Shown here: in pieces, positions 9,425 through 17,333 of the stretch | Position numbering within the stretch: position 1 is the first letter of the stretch | Layout: each line of letters starts with the position of its first letter | Assembly: GCA_963665095.1 (NCBI GenBank) | Contig: OY762069.1 | Coordinates: 320,001 to 384,000, forward strand | Source: an uncultured Desulfobacter sp. | Lineage (GTDB): Bacteria; Desulfobacterota; Desulfobacteria; Desulfobacterales; Desulfobacteraceae | Length of the DNA stretch: 64,000 nucleotides | Reading direction: 5' to 3' | Made by a program: the position numbers and the translations under genes | The notes under the pieces: model-generated | What the model saw: the letters and a program-made list of their open reading frames with translations, nothing else | Told to the model about the DNA's origin: nothing | Databases searched by the model: none

Positions 9425-10249
9425 TTATCTGGTTGGCGACGGTTTCAGTGAAAAAAGCTCTATGAAAAGTTTCTCATCCAGTTGCGGCAGCTCTCTTTGA
9501 ACGCCCACTTCAAGCAGTTCTGCCGACATATTATTGAGGACCCGTAAGTTTCCTGTACAGTGCTCTACCAAAGCGGTGATTAAAGGTTTTGTCATGAGTT
9601 GAGGAGCTCCGGCCTGATTTAGGCAATGCGCTATATAATCCAACAATTCTTCCCGGGTATAAGGATCCAATTTTAACCGGAACCGGAGTCGACTCCCCAG
9701 GGCTACCAATGCACTGGTTCTGAACCGTTCCGGCAGCCGGGTATCACCACAGATAATGGTGGTCAATAAATTCTGGGAGTCAAAATCCATACTGTTGAGC
9801 AACCGAAGCTCATTCAGGCATCCGGTAAGCATTTCCTGAGCCTCATCAATGAGCAGGACGGGTCTGAACAGGGTTGTTTTAATATGATTTTTCCATCGTT
9901 GCCGCAGATCTTTGAACCCTCCGTAACGGTTGGCCGGACTCAAATTGACACCAAACAGTGTCCCCATTTCCCGATAGAAATCGGCCACGCTGCTTTGGGG
10001 GCGCTCCATAACGCCGACAACGACTTCATCAAGCTTGCCAAGCTGATGGGCAATCGCCTGTAGTGTCTTGGATTTGCCAAGACCGGGTTCACCGGCGATT
10101 AATGCAAATCCACCGTTCATGGTCATATTTTCAAGGCGTGTAATAAATGCCTCCATCCGGGGTGGATGCCATAATGAGTCCACAGGAATATTTGGTAAAA
10201 AAGGATTGTACTTCAATCCATAATAAGCCAATAATCGTTTGCTGTTCAT
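9425..10249 (-). CDS. ExeA/TnsC-like AAA+ ATPase
   Basis: YYGLKYNPF N-terminus, Walker A GEPGLGKS, Walker B LLIDEAQ, GNLRVLNN; start overlaps the transposase stop (TGATG). Confidence 0.9.
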   Translation of the reverse strand: MNSKRLLAYYGLKYNPFLPNIPVDSLWHPPRMEAFITRLENMTMNGGFALIAGEPGLGKSKTLQAIAHQLGKLDEVVVGVMERPQSSVADFYREMGTLFGVNLSPANRYGGFKDLRQRWKNHIKTTLFRPVLLIDEAQEMLTGCLNELRLLNSMDFDSQNLLTTIICGDTRLPERFRTSALVALGSRLRFRLKLDPYTREELLDYIAHCLNQAGAPQLMTKPLITALVEHCTGNLRVLNNMSAELLEVGVQRELPQLDEKLFIELFSLKPSPTR

Positions 10250-11694
10250 CACTTTTCCTCCATTGGCAAGTAGGCACAAGGCATTCCGGTTGCTGCATAA
10301 TCGGACAAGAGCTTTTTAAGCAGGGCCGGTTCTGATCCGGACAGGGTTTCATGGCCAGGGTTAATTTCATCCGGAGTGGATTTGATACGACGGATTGCTG
10401 AAGCATTCTTTGTCTTGTCCTGGGGATAAATTGCGGCAAGCTTATTTCCGGTTCGTTTATCTATCAGCCAGGCAACCGATTTATCCCAGGAGCAAAAACA
10501 GACATGAAGACGCTGGATATGATTAAACCGTGAAGGGATTTCAAACCGGATGCCCATCAAAGAGATGGTACCATCGGACAGACGCTGTTTTCTGGATTCA
10601 CAGGCTGTAAACGAAAATTGAAGCTGTTCAGGTTCCGGTGCAGGACGTGACACATCCTTGCCGTCAAGGGCGCATTGCAATGGCGACATATGAATTTCAT
10701 CATGGGTTGACTTGTTGTATTCCATCTCGATCCAGGCCTGGGAGACCTGATTTAAATATACCAGGGTCAAAGAATCCATCCGGCTCAGCATGGCGATCAA
10801 ACGGCCTTCAAGTGTACCCCAAAAGGCTTCCTGCTTCCCATTTTGATAGGGCGAGTATGGCAACGTGGTCTCATGACTGACGCCCAATCGTTTAAGTCCG
10901 TTGCCGGTTTCATGAGCAATCATGGCAGAACCATTATCTGTCATCAAGGCTCTGGGAAGCCCTCTTTTGTAAAACGCCTGGGACAAGCCGTGGATCAAAA
11001 CCTCTGCCGTTTCATTCAAATACCATTGAATATGACAACACAGACGGGAGCGATCATCAAGAATGCACAATGCCTTGGGCGTATGCCACTGACCTTTTTC
11101 GTCCACCACGCGCCTGCTGCATTCGTGAAAGTCCAGATGCCATAATTCATGGATGTTTTCGGTTTCATAACTACGGACTTCATACGTTTCTAATCGCTTA
11201 AAAGCTGATTTCTGTCCGGATGTTTGATTTTTGTTCTTGGAAGCCTTTTTTCTCCAACCCCGTTCAACCATACGCCTTCTCACACTTGCATAGGACGGCG
11301 GATTCTCACACAGGCCCTGTTCAGCGATTTCAGCTGCCAGGTTGTCGCAATGAAGCTGATAGCTCCATTGCGGATAAGTGTTGTACTGGACACCAAGAAG
11401 GCGGATCAATTCAGCATTCAATGCTGTGGATTTGCCCATATCTGAACGAACTTTACGGCCCAGAGCCAGAATTGGGTCCTGGCAATTTTTTGCCCTGTAA
11501 TACCAGGCCTCAATTGTGGAAAAATGAAAACAGGTCGGTTTGTTCGTCACAGGATGAGAATAGATTTGACCTGCGAGCCGGGTCAGTTCATTTTGCAACT
11601 CTCCCTTTGCCGGAGGGCGTGCCAGTAAACCGCCGATAACCGAAAAGCGAAATAATGCCCACAGGTCTGCCGGGTGCTGTGTTTTACCACTCAT
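10249..11694 (-). CDS. DDE (rve / Mu-TnsB-like) transposase
   Basis: WHLDFH, LDDRSRL, MTDNGS, PYQNGKQE catalytic motifs; Mu-like C-terminal beta domain (DGTISL.G.RFEIP). Confidence 0.92.
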   Translation of the reverse strand: MSGKTQHPADLWALFRFSVIGGLLARPPAKGELQNELTRLAGQIYSHPVTNKPTCFHFSTIEAWYYRAKNCQDPILALGRKVRSDMGKSTALNAELIRLLGVQYNTYPQWSYQLHCDNLAAEIAEQGLCENPPSYASVRRRMVERGWRKKASKNKNQTSGQKSAFKRLETYEVRSYETENIHELWHLDFHECSRRVVDEKGQWHTPKALCILDDRSRLCCHIQWYLNETAEVLIHGLSQAFYKRGLPRALMTDNGSAMIAHETGNGLKRLGVSHETTLPYSPYQNGKQEAFWGTLEGRLIAMLSRMDSLTLVYLNQVSQAWIEMEYNKSTHDEIHMSPLQCALDGKDVSRPAPEPEQLQFSFTACESRKQRLSDGTISLMGIRFEIPSRFNHIQRLHVCFCSWDKSVAWLIDKRTGNKLAAIYPQDKTKNASAIRRIKSTPDEINPGHETLSGSEPALLKKLLSDYAATGMPCAYLPMEEK

Positions 11695-11800
11695 AAATCA
11701 GGCTCCTTTTTAATTTCAGGTTAAAATTTCGGATCAACGTCTGAAATCAGGTGGTAAAACAGCCTGCATATATTTGTCTATGTTCATCCTCTGCGCGAGA

Positions 11801-12376
11801 TTATCCGGCCCTGATTTTGGACCCGCCTGATAAGATTATCAGGCTTGATACAAGTGCGTTTTCGGCGTTGGATTTCACCGCCCGGCAATAATTGATGAAA
11901 CTTGACGGCAGACGGCTGTTACTGACACCAGCGGATATCTGCCCCCGAAGCCTTCGCCAGGTTCGGCTCACTGGAAATGTATCCTGAAAAAAGGCAAGCC
12001 AGCGGTTTATTGTGTTCCGGCTAATGCCAGTTCGTATGGACAAATCATAAACGGTGATTTTTTCATTGGTATTTTGCCAGTCTGTTAAAACACACAGAAT
12101 AACTGCAAACCAGTAGACTTTTCTCCCCAGAAAACGGCAGGACGGCGGCATCAATCTTTTGCGACACCCTTCGGTTCCACAACATAGGCTGAACTGAATA
12201 AAGAATTCCTCCGGCACGCCCTCAGGCTCTCCCCGGGGCTTGCGCATGTAATTGCTGAAATATAAGGGGCCTCCACAATGCGGACAAGGCAACTGTCTGT
12301 ACTGTTTTGCTGTATTTTTATCGATTTCGTAAAGATGGAAAAAAAGATTTTTGTTTTTAATAAGTTCTGATAGCAT
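11801..12376 (-). CDS. Zn-ribbon/HTH protein (DUF6431-like) leading transposon A
   Basis: CPHCGG...CCGTEGCRKR..PPS, later HTH-like ISRNTINRW; GGAG RBS. Confidence 0.75.
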   Translation of the reverse strand: MLSELIKNKNLFFHLYEIDKNTAKQYRQLPCPHCGGPLYFSNYMRKPRGEPEGVPEEFFIQFSLCCGTEGCRKRLMPPSCRFLGRKVYWFAVILCVLTDWQNTNEKITVYDLSIRTGISRNTINRWLAFFQDTFPVSRTWRRLRGQISAGVSNSRLPSSFINYCRAVKSNAENALVSSLIILSGGSKIRAG

Positions 12377-12514
12377 ATCTCCTGCCCTGTTAGGGTAATA
12401 GGGGCAGAAGTTCCATTGATTATTTGCGAGATAAACGGGGGAGCTTCTGCCTCATCCCTGGCATATCTTGCAAATTATCTTTAATTTTTCCATGATTTTT
12501 TGTGATCATTCTCA

Positions 12515-13035
12515 GTCATCATTCGATTATTGATTTGAAGTTCCAGGATGGCATTATCACCTTTCGAACCTGACCACTCCACACAAAAGCCAATCTCAAT
12601 GCGATCAAATATCCTGTTTAAAAATAATTCATAATCCCTAAGGACGGTCCGATCCGTTATTTTATCGTGGATTAAATCAATATAGGACTGTCGATAATAC
12701 TTCATTAACCCAAGAAACATGTTTAGACTAACTCCTCTTTCTCTATGTTTTTGTGCTTCAACAATGCCAAACATAGCGATTGGGTCATCATTCCTATCTT
12801 CTTCTGGGGTTAATTCTGGAGCAGTCGTATTTGCTTTAAGCCCTTGTAGAATGGAGCCAGTTAAGCCTGATATCGATAGTCGCCAAGCTTCCTTTAAAGT
12901 TGACGTGTAAGCTGAATACCCTTGCTTTAATGCATACTCAAGTATTCTGCTCATCAACCATTCTTCATTGTCTATGAAGATTGACTCTAATAGTTTATAT
13001 TTTGATTGTTCATTTTCATGTTGTGTTTTTTTCAT
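12515..13035 (-). pseudogene. 5' part of the interrupted PAS sensor gene (RsbRD_N/globin-like sensor domain)
   Basis: MKKTQHEN...EAQKHRERGVSLNMFLGLMKYYRQ...NNRMMT, continues as (T)NEKNKYL at 8968. Confidence 0.85.
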
Positions 13036-13284
13036 ACTTCTTATTTTACACAAACCAACGCTGAAAAACAATAATCCAAAAACTCAGCTAATAAGAACCC
13101 ATAAATAATGGTATTTAAGAACTCCTAAGCCTATTTTGAGGCGGCGGTCATTATTTTTGTTATTGGTGACATATATCGAAAATCTGGAAGATCAAATCAA
13201 TGTGTTGAGTCGCATTTTATCCTGACTTAAATTTTCTAATTATTTTGAACAGATTAAATCTTTTCCATATTATTTAAGACAGCT

Positions 13285-13475
13285 ACAGAAGTCGCTGCGC
13301 TCCTTCTCAGTAGGTTTTTAAGGCATAGGCAGAACAGCTTGAATAAAGCAGAAAGGGGAAGCAGGTAATCCCCACTTCCCCTGGCGCATTATTCAATGCT
13401 GCCTGCTTCCGGCTATCCCTTACCAGGTTGCTCCTCAGCAGAGCCCGGCTCCGTTTCACCGAAATCGTAATATTC
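13285..13475 (-). ncRNA. Putative structured RNA element, copy 2 (3' end of transposon B)
   Basis: Starts about 20 nt after the ATPase stop; homologous to 9051-9248 with covariation. Confidence 0.6.
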
Positions 13476-13495
13476 TGCTCTATGGCTGTTTTTTC

Positions 13496-14305
13496 TTAAA
13501 AAATCTCCGATGAAGCAATGCGGACATGCTCTGCAGATACCGTCATTGATTTTTCTGCCGCAGCAGCAATCAATGAGCCTCTGGCAAGATTATTCGCCTT
13601 TCGTAAAAGGCCGCCGGAGCCTTGATGAATCGCAGTCACCGCCTGGTCAGAAAAAAAGTTGGTGTCAACACCGCATAGTTTTAAATGATGGATCAGGTAA
13701 GTTTTCATTCCAGCCACATCCAGACCATCCAGATGGCTTTTAGCCACAATCCTGGATGCAAACGGGATTGACGTCCGGTACTGAAGCTTATCTATCAATG
13801 TCGGCTGACCTGCAAGGATCACAGGCAGCCAGGGCATGGCGTCTTTTTCAAATTGAACCAGGGTGTGAAGTTCGGCAAAGACTTCCATGCGAAGCAGAGA
13901 TGCCTCATCTATAATCAAAACGGTTTTGATCTTTTTTCCCAGGACGAATTCACGTATTTCATTTTTAATAATGGAGATCATAACAGCGCGGGACGTCGAT
14001 GTCCGCTCTATGCCCAGTTCTTCAACAATCTGCCGGTAAAGTTCCATGATGGAACCGCTTGAGGCCGTAACATAAAAGACTTTGTATTCCGAAGGGTGTA
14101 GGGATGAGGCGGCATACCTTAAGGCGGTGGACTTTCCGCTGCCCACATCCCCTGTGATAACCGCACTGCAGCCAAGTCTTAAGGAATAATCAATCCGATT
14201 TTTAACGCCCGAGACCTCCGGGGTGACCAGGATATCATTGATTTCTATCTGTGCCGGGAAGGCCTCCCTATATAAGCCAAAAAAGGTACGATACATTTCA
14301 CTCAT
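13496..14305 (-). CDS. ExeA/TnsC-like AAA+ ATPase
   Basis: Walker A GDVGSGKS, Walker B LIIDEAS, LAGQP, GGLLRKANN. Confidence 0.9.
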   Translation of the reverse strand: MSEMYRTFFGLYREAFPAQIEINDILVTPEVSGVKNRIDYSLRLGCSAVITGDVGSGKSTALRYAASSLHPSEYKVFYVTASSGSIMELYRQIVEELGIERTSTSRAVMISIIKNEIREFVLGKKIKTVLIIDEASLLRMEVFAELHTLVQFEKDAMPWLPVILAGQPTLIDKLQYRTSIPFASRIVAKSHLDGLDVAGMKTYLIHHLKLCGVDTNFFSDQAVTAIHQGSGGLLRKANNLARGSLIAAAAEKSMTVSAEHVRIASSEIF

Positions 14306-15558
14306 AACAGTTGCCCTCCCTTGTAATTTGAGGGTTCAGGCATAATCCGGATATCATTTTCGTTCCAGCGGTGCCGCTTGACCCGACAGTTCACAGCAAG
14401 GTCCACCGGGGTTAACAAGCCATAAGACTTTGCTTTATAGATAACTTCAGCCTGCAAAGGGGTGTCCTCATGGTACTTTACATCCACATGTCTGCCGATC
14501 AGCGCAACCGGGGCCTCAAACATGTTGCCGTCAAGGGTTATGGTTCGGTCCTTTGCCACCTTGCGCCGGGCGGTTTTGCGGAAGTGGTCTTTCAGATCCG
14601 GTGGGGCGGTACGGATGCACTCCATGGCCGAGGTAAATCTTTTAAACGGTGATTCGCCTGTGGAGCTGTGTTTACGCTGATGGTACTCATTATGAAGCCA
14701 CTTCTCAAATGCCCCATTCAGATCATCCAGGGTCTTACCTGTAAATCTTTGCAGAAACTGAAGCCGAACCGTTCTGAACCAGCGCTCGATTTTACCTTTC
14801 CCCTGGGGCTTATATGGCCTTGCATGGATTAAAGCGATGGACAGAGACGCTGCTACATATTTTAAATGATGGGATCTGAACGCAGGACCGTTATCTACAT
14901 ACAGCTTGCGGGGAAGCCCACGGCTCAAAAAAGCCTGCTCCAGCACCATAAGATAGGTCTTCAGATTCTCAGATAAATAAAAACCTGCAGCCGTAACCAG
15001 CCTGGAATGATCGTCCATAATGGCAATCAGGTACGTTTTTCTTTGCTTATCCTGAACCAGGACTGTAGGGCCGTGCATGACGTCGCTTTGCCACATATCA
15101 TTGGGGTGCGGGGCTTCAAACTTTCTTCTATCCTCTGGCCGGGCCGTGTTCATTAGCCCCCGGCCGCGTAAAAAACGGTATACACTGGATGGACTGTATG
15201 TCTGGCATGTAGTTTTTTGAAGTGAACAGATCAATGTATCGACTGTCGCATCAGGCTGGTCTAACCGGAGTTTGATTAGTTGAGATGCAGTCTCGTCATC
15301 GAATACCCTTGATTTTCCCTGGTCTGAACGGTCTTTGGGGTAAAGAGACTCTATTCGACCGTTATACTGCCGGACCCATCCCAGAATCGTACTTCTGGAA
15401 AGCCTGGTCCTTCCAGAATACGGGATGGACCATTTGCGGGCGCACTTCTGCTGTAAAATTCGTTCTTTTTCACCGTAATCAAAATTTGTTCCGGTCACAA
15501 ATTCACAAATGACCCCAAACCTGAACACGGCAACCTCTTTTTTCTGATTTTCTGTCAT
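14302..15558 (-). CDS. DDE (rve / Mu-TnsB-like) transposase
   Basis: WQSDVMHGP, MDDHSRL, LYVDNGPAF, PQGKGKIERWF; AGGAGG RBS. Confidence 0.92.
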   Translation of the reverse strand: MTENQKKEVAVFRFGVICEFVTGTNFDYGEKERILQQKCARKWSIPYSGRTRLSRSTILGWVRQYNGRIESLYPKDRSDQGKSRVFDDETASQLIKLRLDQPDATVDTLICSLQKTTCQTYSPSSVYRFLRGRGLMNTARPEDRRKFEAPHPNDMWQSDVMHGPTVLVQDKQRKTYLIAIMDDHSRLVTAAGFYLSENLKTYLMVLEQAFLSRGLPRKLYVDNGPAFRSHHLKYVAASLSIALIHARPYKPQGKGKIERWFRTVRLQFLQRFTGKTLDDLNGAFEKWLHNEYHQRKHSSTGESPFKRFTSAMECIRTAPPDLKDHFRKTARRKVAKDRTITLDGNMFEAPVALIGRHVDVKYHEDTPLQAEVIYKAKSYGLLTPVDLAVNCRVKRHRWNENDIRIMPEPSNYKGGQLL

Positions 15559-15661
15559 ACTTCCTCCTTAAAATTTGGTTCTAAGGGCTTGTATGACAGT
15601 ATGATCCTTCGGTAAATCACAGCCTTCGGTAGGGTGGTTTAACCCTGATCCAGCCCCATGG

Positions 15662-16108
15662 TTAAATTGAACTAGTAACCGGGATTTTACCCATACCGAT
15701 TAGCTTGATAAAACCAGCAACCACACCTTTGTCCCAACTGTTGGACAGGTAGGCCGCTATATTTCGTTTCAATGCAGTAAACCAAAAATGCTGTCGACTC
15801 CAGGAGAGTTCCGGCAGATACCGGTCTGTGTATAGACGACTCATAATGCTGGTAAGGATTTGCCAGATACTGGCCTGGAACCTCTTGAAAAAACCATATG
15901 GCTTCAATTTGAATACGGTTTTGCAATAGGGGCAGCGATATCGCTTCAAATACACCCCTTGATCAAATCCATCAAAAAAGGAGAGTACAAAGCCGTGTCC
16001 CCACAGCCTGGAGTCGTTGCAATGTGGACATCGTGACGGTTTTGGCCATGTAAAATTTTTGCCCTGCTTGAAAATTTGCTTGATATCAGCTTTGACCTTT
16101 ATTATCAT
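15662..16108 (-). CDS. Zn-ribbon protein (DUF6431-like) leading transposon B
   Basis: CPHC..RLWGHG...LKRYRCPYCK motif. Confidence 0.75.
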   Translation of the reverse strand: MIIKVKADIKQIFKQGKNFTWPKPSRCPHCNDSRLWGHGFVLSFFDGFDQGVYLKRYRCPYCKTVFKLKPYGFFKRFQASIWQILTSIMSRLYTDRYLPELSWSRQHFWFTALKRNIAAYLSNSWDKGVVAGFIKLIGMGKIPVTSSI

Positions 16109-16146
16109 TTTTATGGTTGTTTTGGGATTTTATAAATCCCGGTCTT

Positions 16147-16187
16147 AAGGGCGAGGCTCTGCAAAGCTTTTCGCCCTTTTCATTTTT
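16147..16187 (+). terminator. Plus-strand intrinsic terminator inside the right end of transposon B
   Basis: AAGGGCGA.GGCT/AGCT..TCGCCCTT followed by TTCATTTTT. Confidence 0.5.
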
Positions 16188-16459
16188 GTCAGAATGCTTT
16201 GATCAGAACCTGTACAGGATAATTTGAGAAAAATGGAACTTTGTCAATTTAATATGAAAAATTTGGCGGGTTTTTGTTCAGGTTATTTCGGGAATCTACA
16301 AATGGATCTTAGGTGAAGACTACCCCAAGACAAGTACCTATCCCTGTCAATATTTTTTCAGGACTCTTATGGAAAAATTGGATTTGGATCTGATCAGGTT
16401 AGCGTTACACAAAGGGAAATAAAGAGGCCTGTCATATATCACTTGCTTTAAAATAAATT

Positions 16460-16740
16460 TTATGGCCTTTTTTGTGGATCCTGCCGATTATCGAAAACCG
16501 AATGAATTATAATTTCAAAATTTTCAATCGTATAAAAAATAGAAAAGGGGAAACGTCGGATCGGGCAGCCCCGGAAATGTGAATACCTTTTTTGATACAT
16601 CTTTGGGTTTTTTGAAATGTTTTTACTGCAGCTTCAACACAGTCCAGAAAGTCTGACCCCAATCCTCTTTTTTGCTCTTCGTACCATAAAATCCCCAGGT
16701 CGATTTCAGTCAACGCACGGTCAGTATAACGGGTGATCAT
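16460..16740 (-). pseudogene. RelE/ParE-family toxin, frameshifted
   Basis: MITRYTDRA...WYEEQKRGLGSDFL then shifted frame SKNPKMYQ...IRRFPFSIFY...VFDNRQDPQKRP*. Confidence 0.85.
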
Positions 16741-16970
16741 TTGAATCCGTACTTTGTCCTTAACTCATCGTGAACGGACTGGCAGTCATAGGTTTTTAGT
16801 TTGCCTGCTTTGTATTCGACATATCTTTTGTCAAGCTCTTGTTTTTGCCATTCCGGCAATGGATGATTGCCAGTTTCCTGGGCTATGGAATCCCATATAT
16901 CGTTTACTAACAGCAGCTTTTCAGAAAAATTAAGTTTATCAATTTCCTGTCTTATTTTTTCCTGTCCCAT
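16737..16970 (-). CDS. Addiction-module antitoxin (TIGR02574-like)
   Basis: EKLLLV.DIWDSI...LPEWQKQELDKR; GGAGG RBS; ATGA overlap with toxin. Confidence 0.88.
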   Translation of the reverse strand: MGQEKIRQEIDKLNFSEKLLLVNDIWDSIAQETGNHPLPEWQKQELDKRYVEYKAGKLKTYDCQSVHDELRTKYGFK

Positions 16971-17333
16971 TAATACCTCCTTCTGGTTAGAAGAACTGCC
17001 TAATTATAACGTCTAAGCGCTCATTTTGGCAATAATCCATTTCGACACATATATAAATCATTCAATGTCAGATGCCTTCCCATAATATCCTGAGATAATA
17101 CACATATGTTTCATATGTTTAGAGAGAGGACTACGTAATTGACCAGATCAATTTTCTGGGTCGTCGCCTACCCCGGACTTTCCCTGTACTTCCACACTTT
17201 TTAAATCCTCAAGTAAGGGAGCAATATTACGTGTATCACGGAATTTCCGATCCATCTCAATTCGAATTTTCCTGGAGAGTTCAAATGGTATGATTGAACT
17301 CTTTTCTGCAAAATATCCAGCCACTATATGTTG

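Larger units (their letters stand above)
8974..12514 (-). mobile_element. Transposon A: Zn-ribbon ORF + DDE transposase + ExeA/TnsC-like ATPase (+ small ORF)
   Basis: Ends TGAGAGGAAGCACGATAATCAATGGA / reverse complement TGAGAATGATCACAAAAAATCATGGA; 5-bp TSD GTCAT at 8969-8973 and 12515-12519; splits a gene precisely. Confidence 0.92.
13203..16300 (-). mobile_element. Transposon B: Zn-ribbon ORF + DDE transposase + ExeA/TnsC-like ATPase
   Basis: Imperfect IRs TGTTGAGTCGCATTTTATCCTGA / reverse complement TGTAGATTCCCGAAATAACCTGA; 4-bp TSD AATG at 13199-13202 and 16301-16304. Confidence 0.85.

Noticed and set aside
12459..12474. Sigma54 promoter TGGCAT...TTGC
   Set aside because: GG-to-GC spacing is 8 nt rather than the required 10.
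9051..13475. Guide/bridge-like complementarity between the conserved RNA and each element's target site
   Set aside because: The variable segments (GACTGATTTTATTGGG; TTCTCAGTAGG) and loops showed no convincing match to the flanks by eye, so RNA-guided targeting is not supported.
13423..13475. Shared peptide E(F/Y)Y.FGETEPG as the explanation for the conserved block
   Set aside because: Copy 2 has no start codon after the ATPase stop, the frames diverge after an indel, and conservation extends >100 nt past the stops; RNA structure explains it better, though some coding constraint cannot be excluded.
9425..14305. Type II secretion ExeA/GspA annotation for the two ATPases
   Set aside because: Both are translationally coupled to transposases inside IR/TSD-bounded elements, with no secretion genes nearby.
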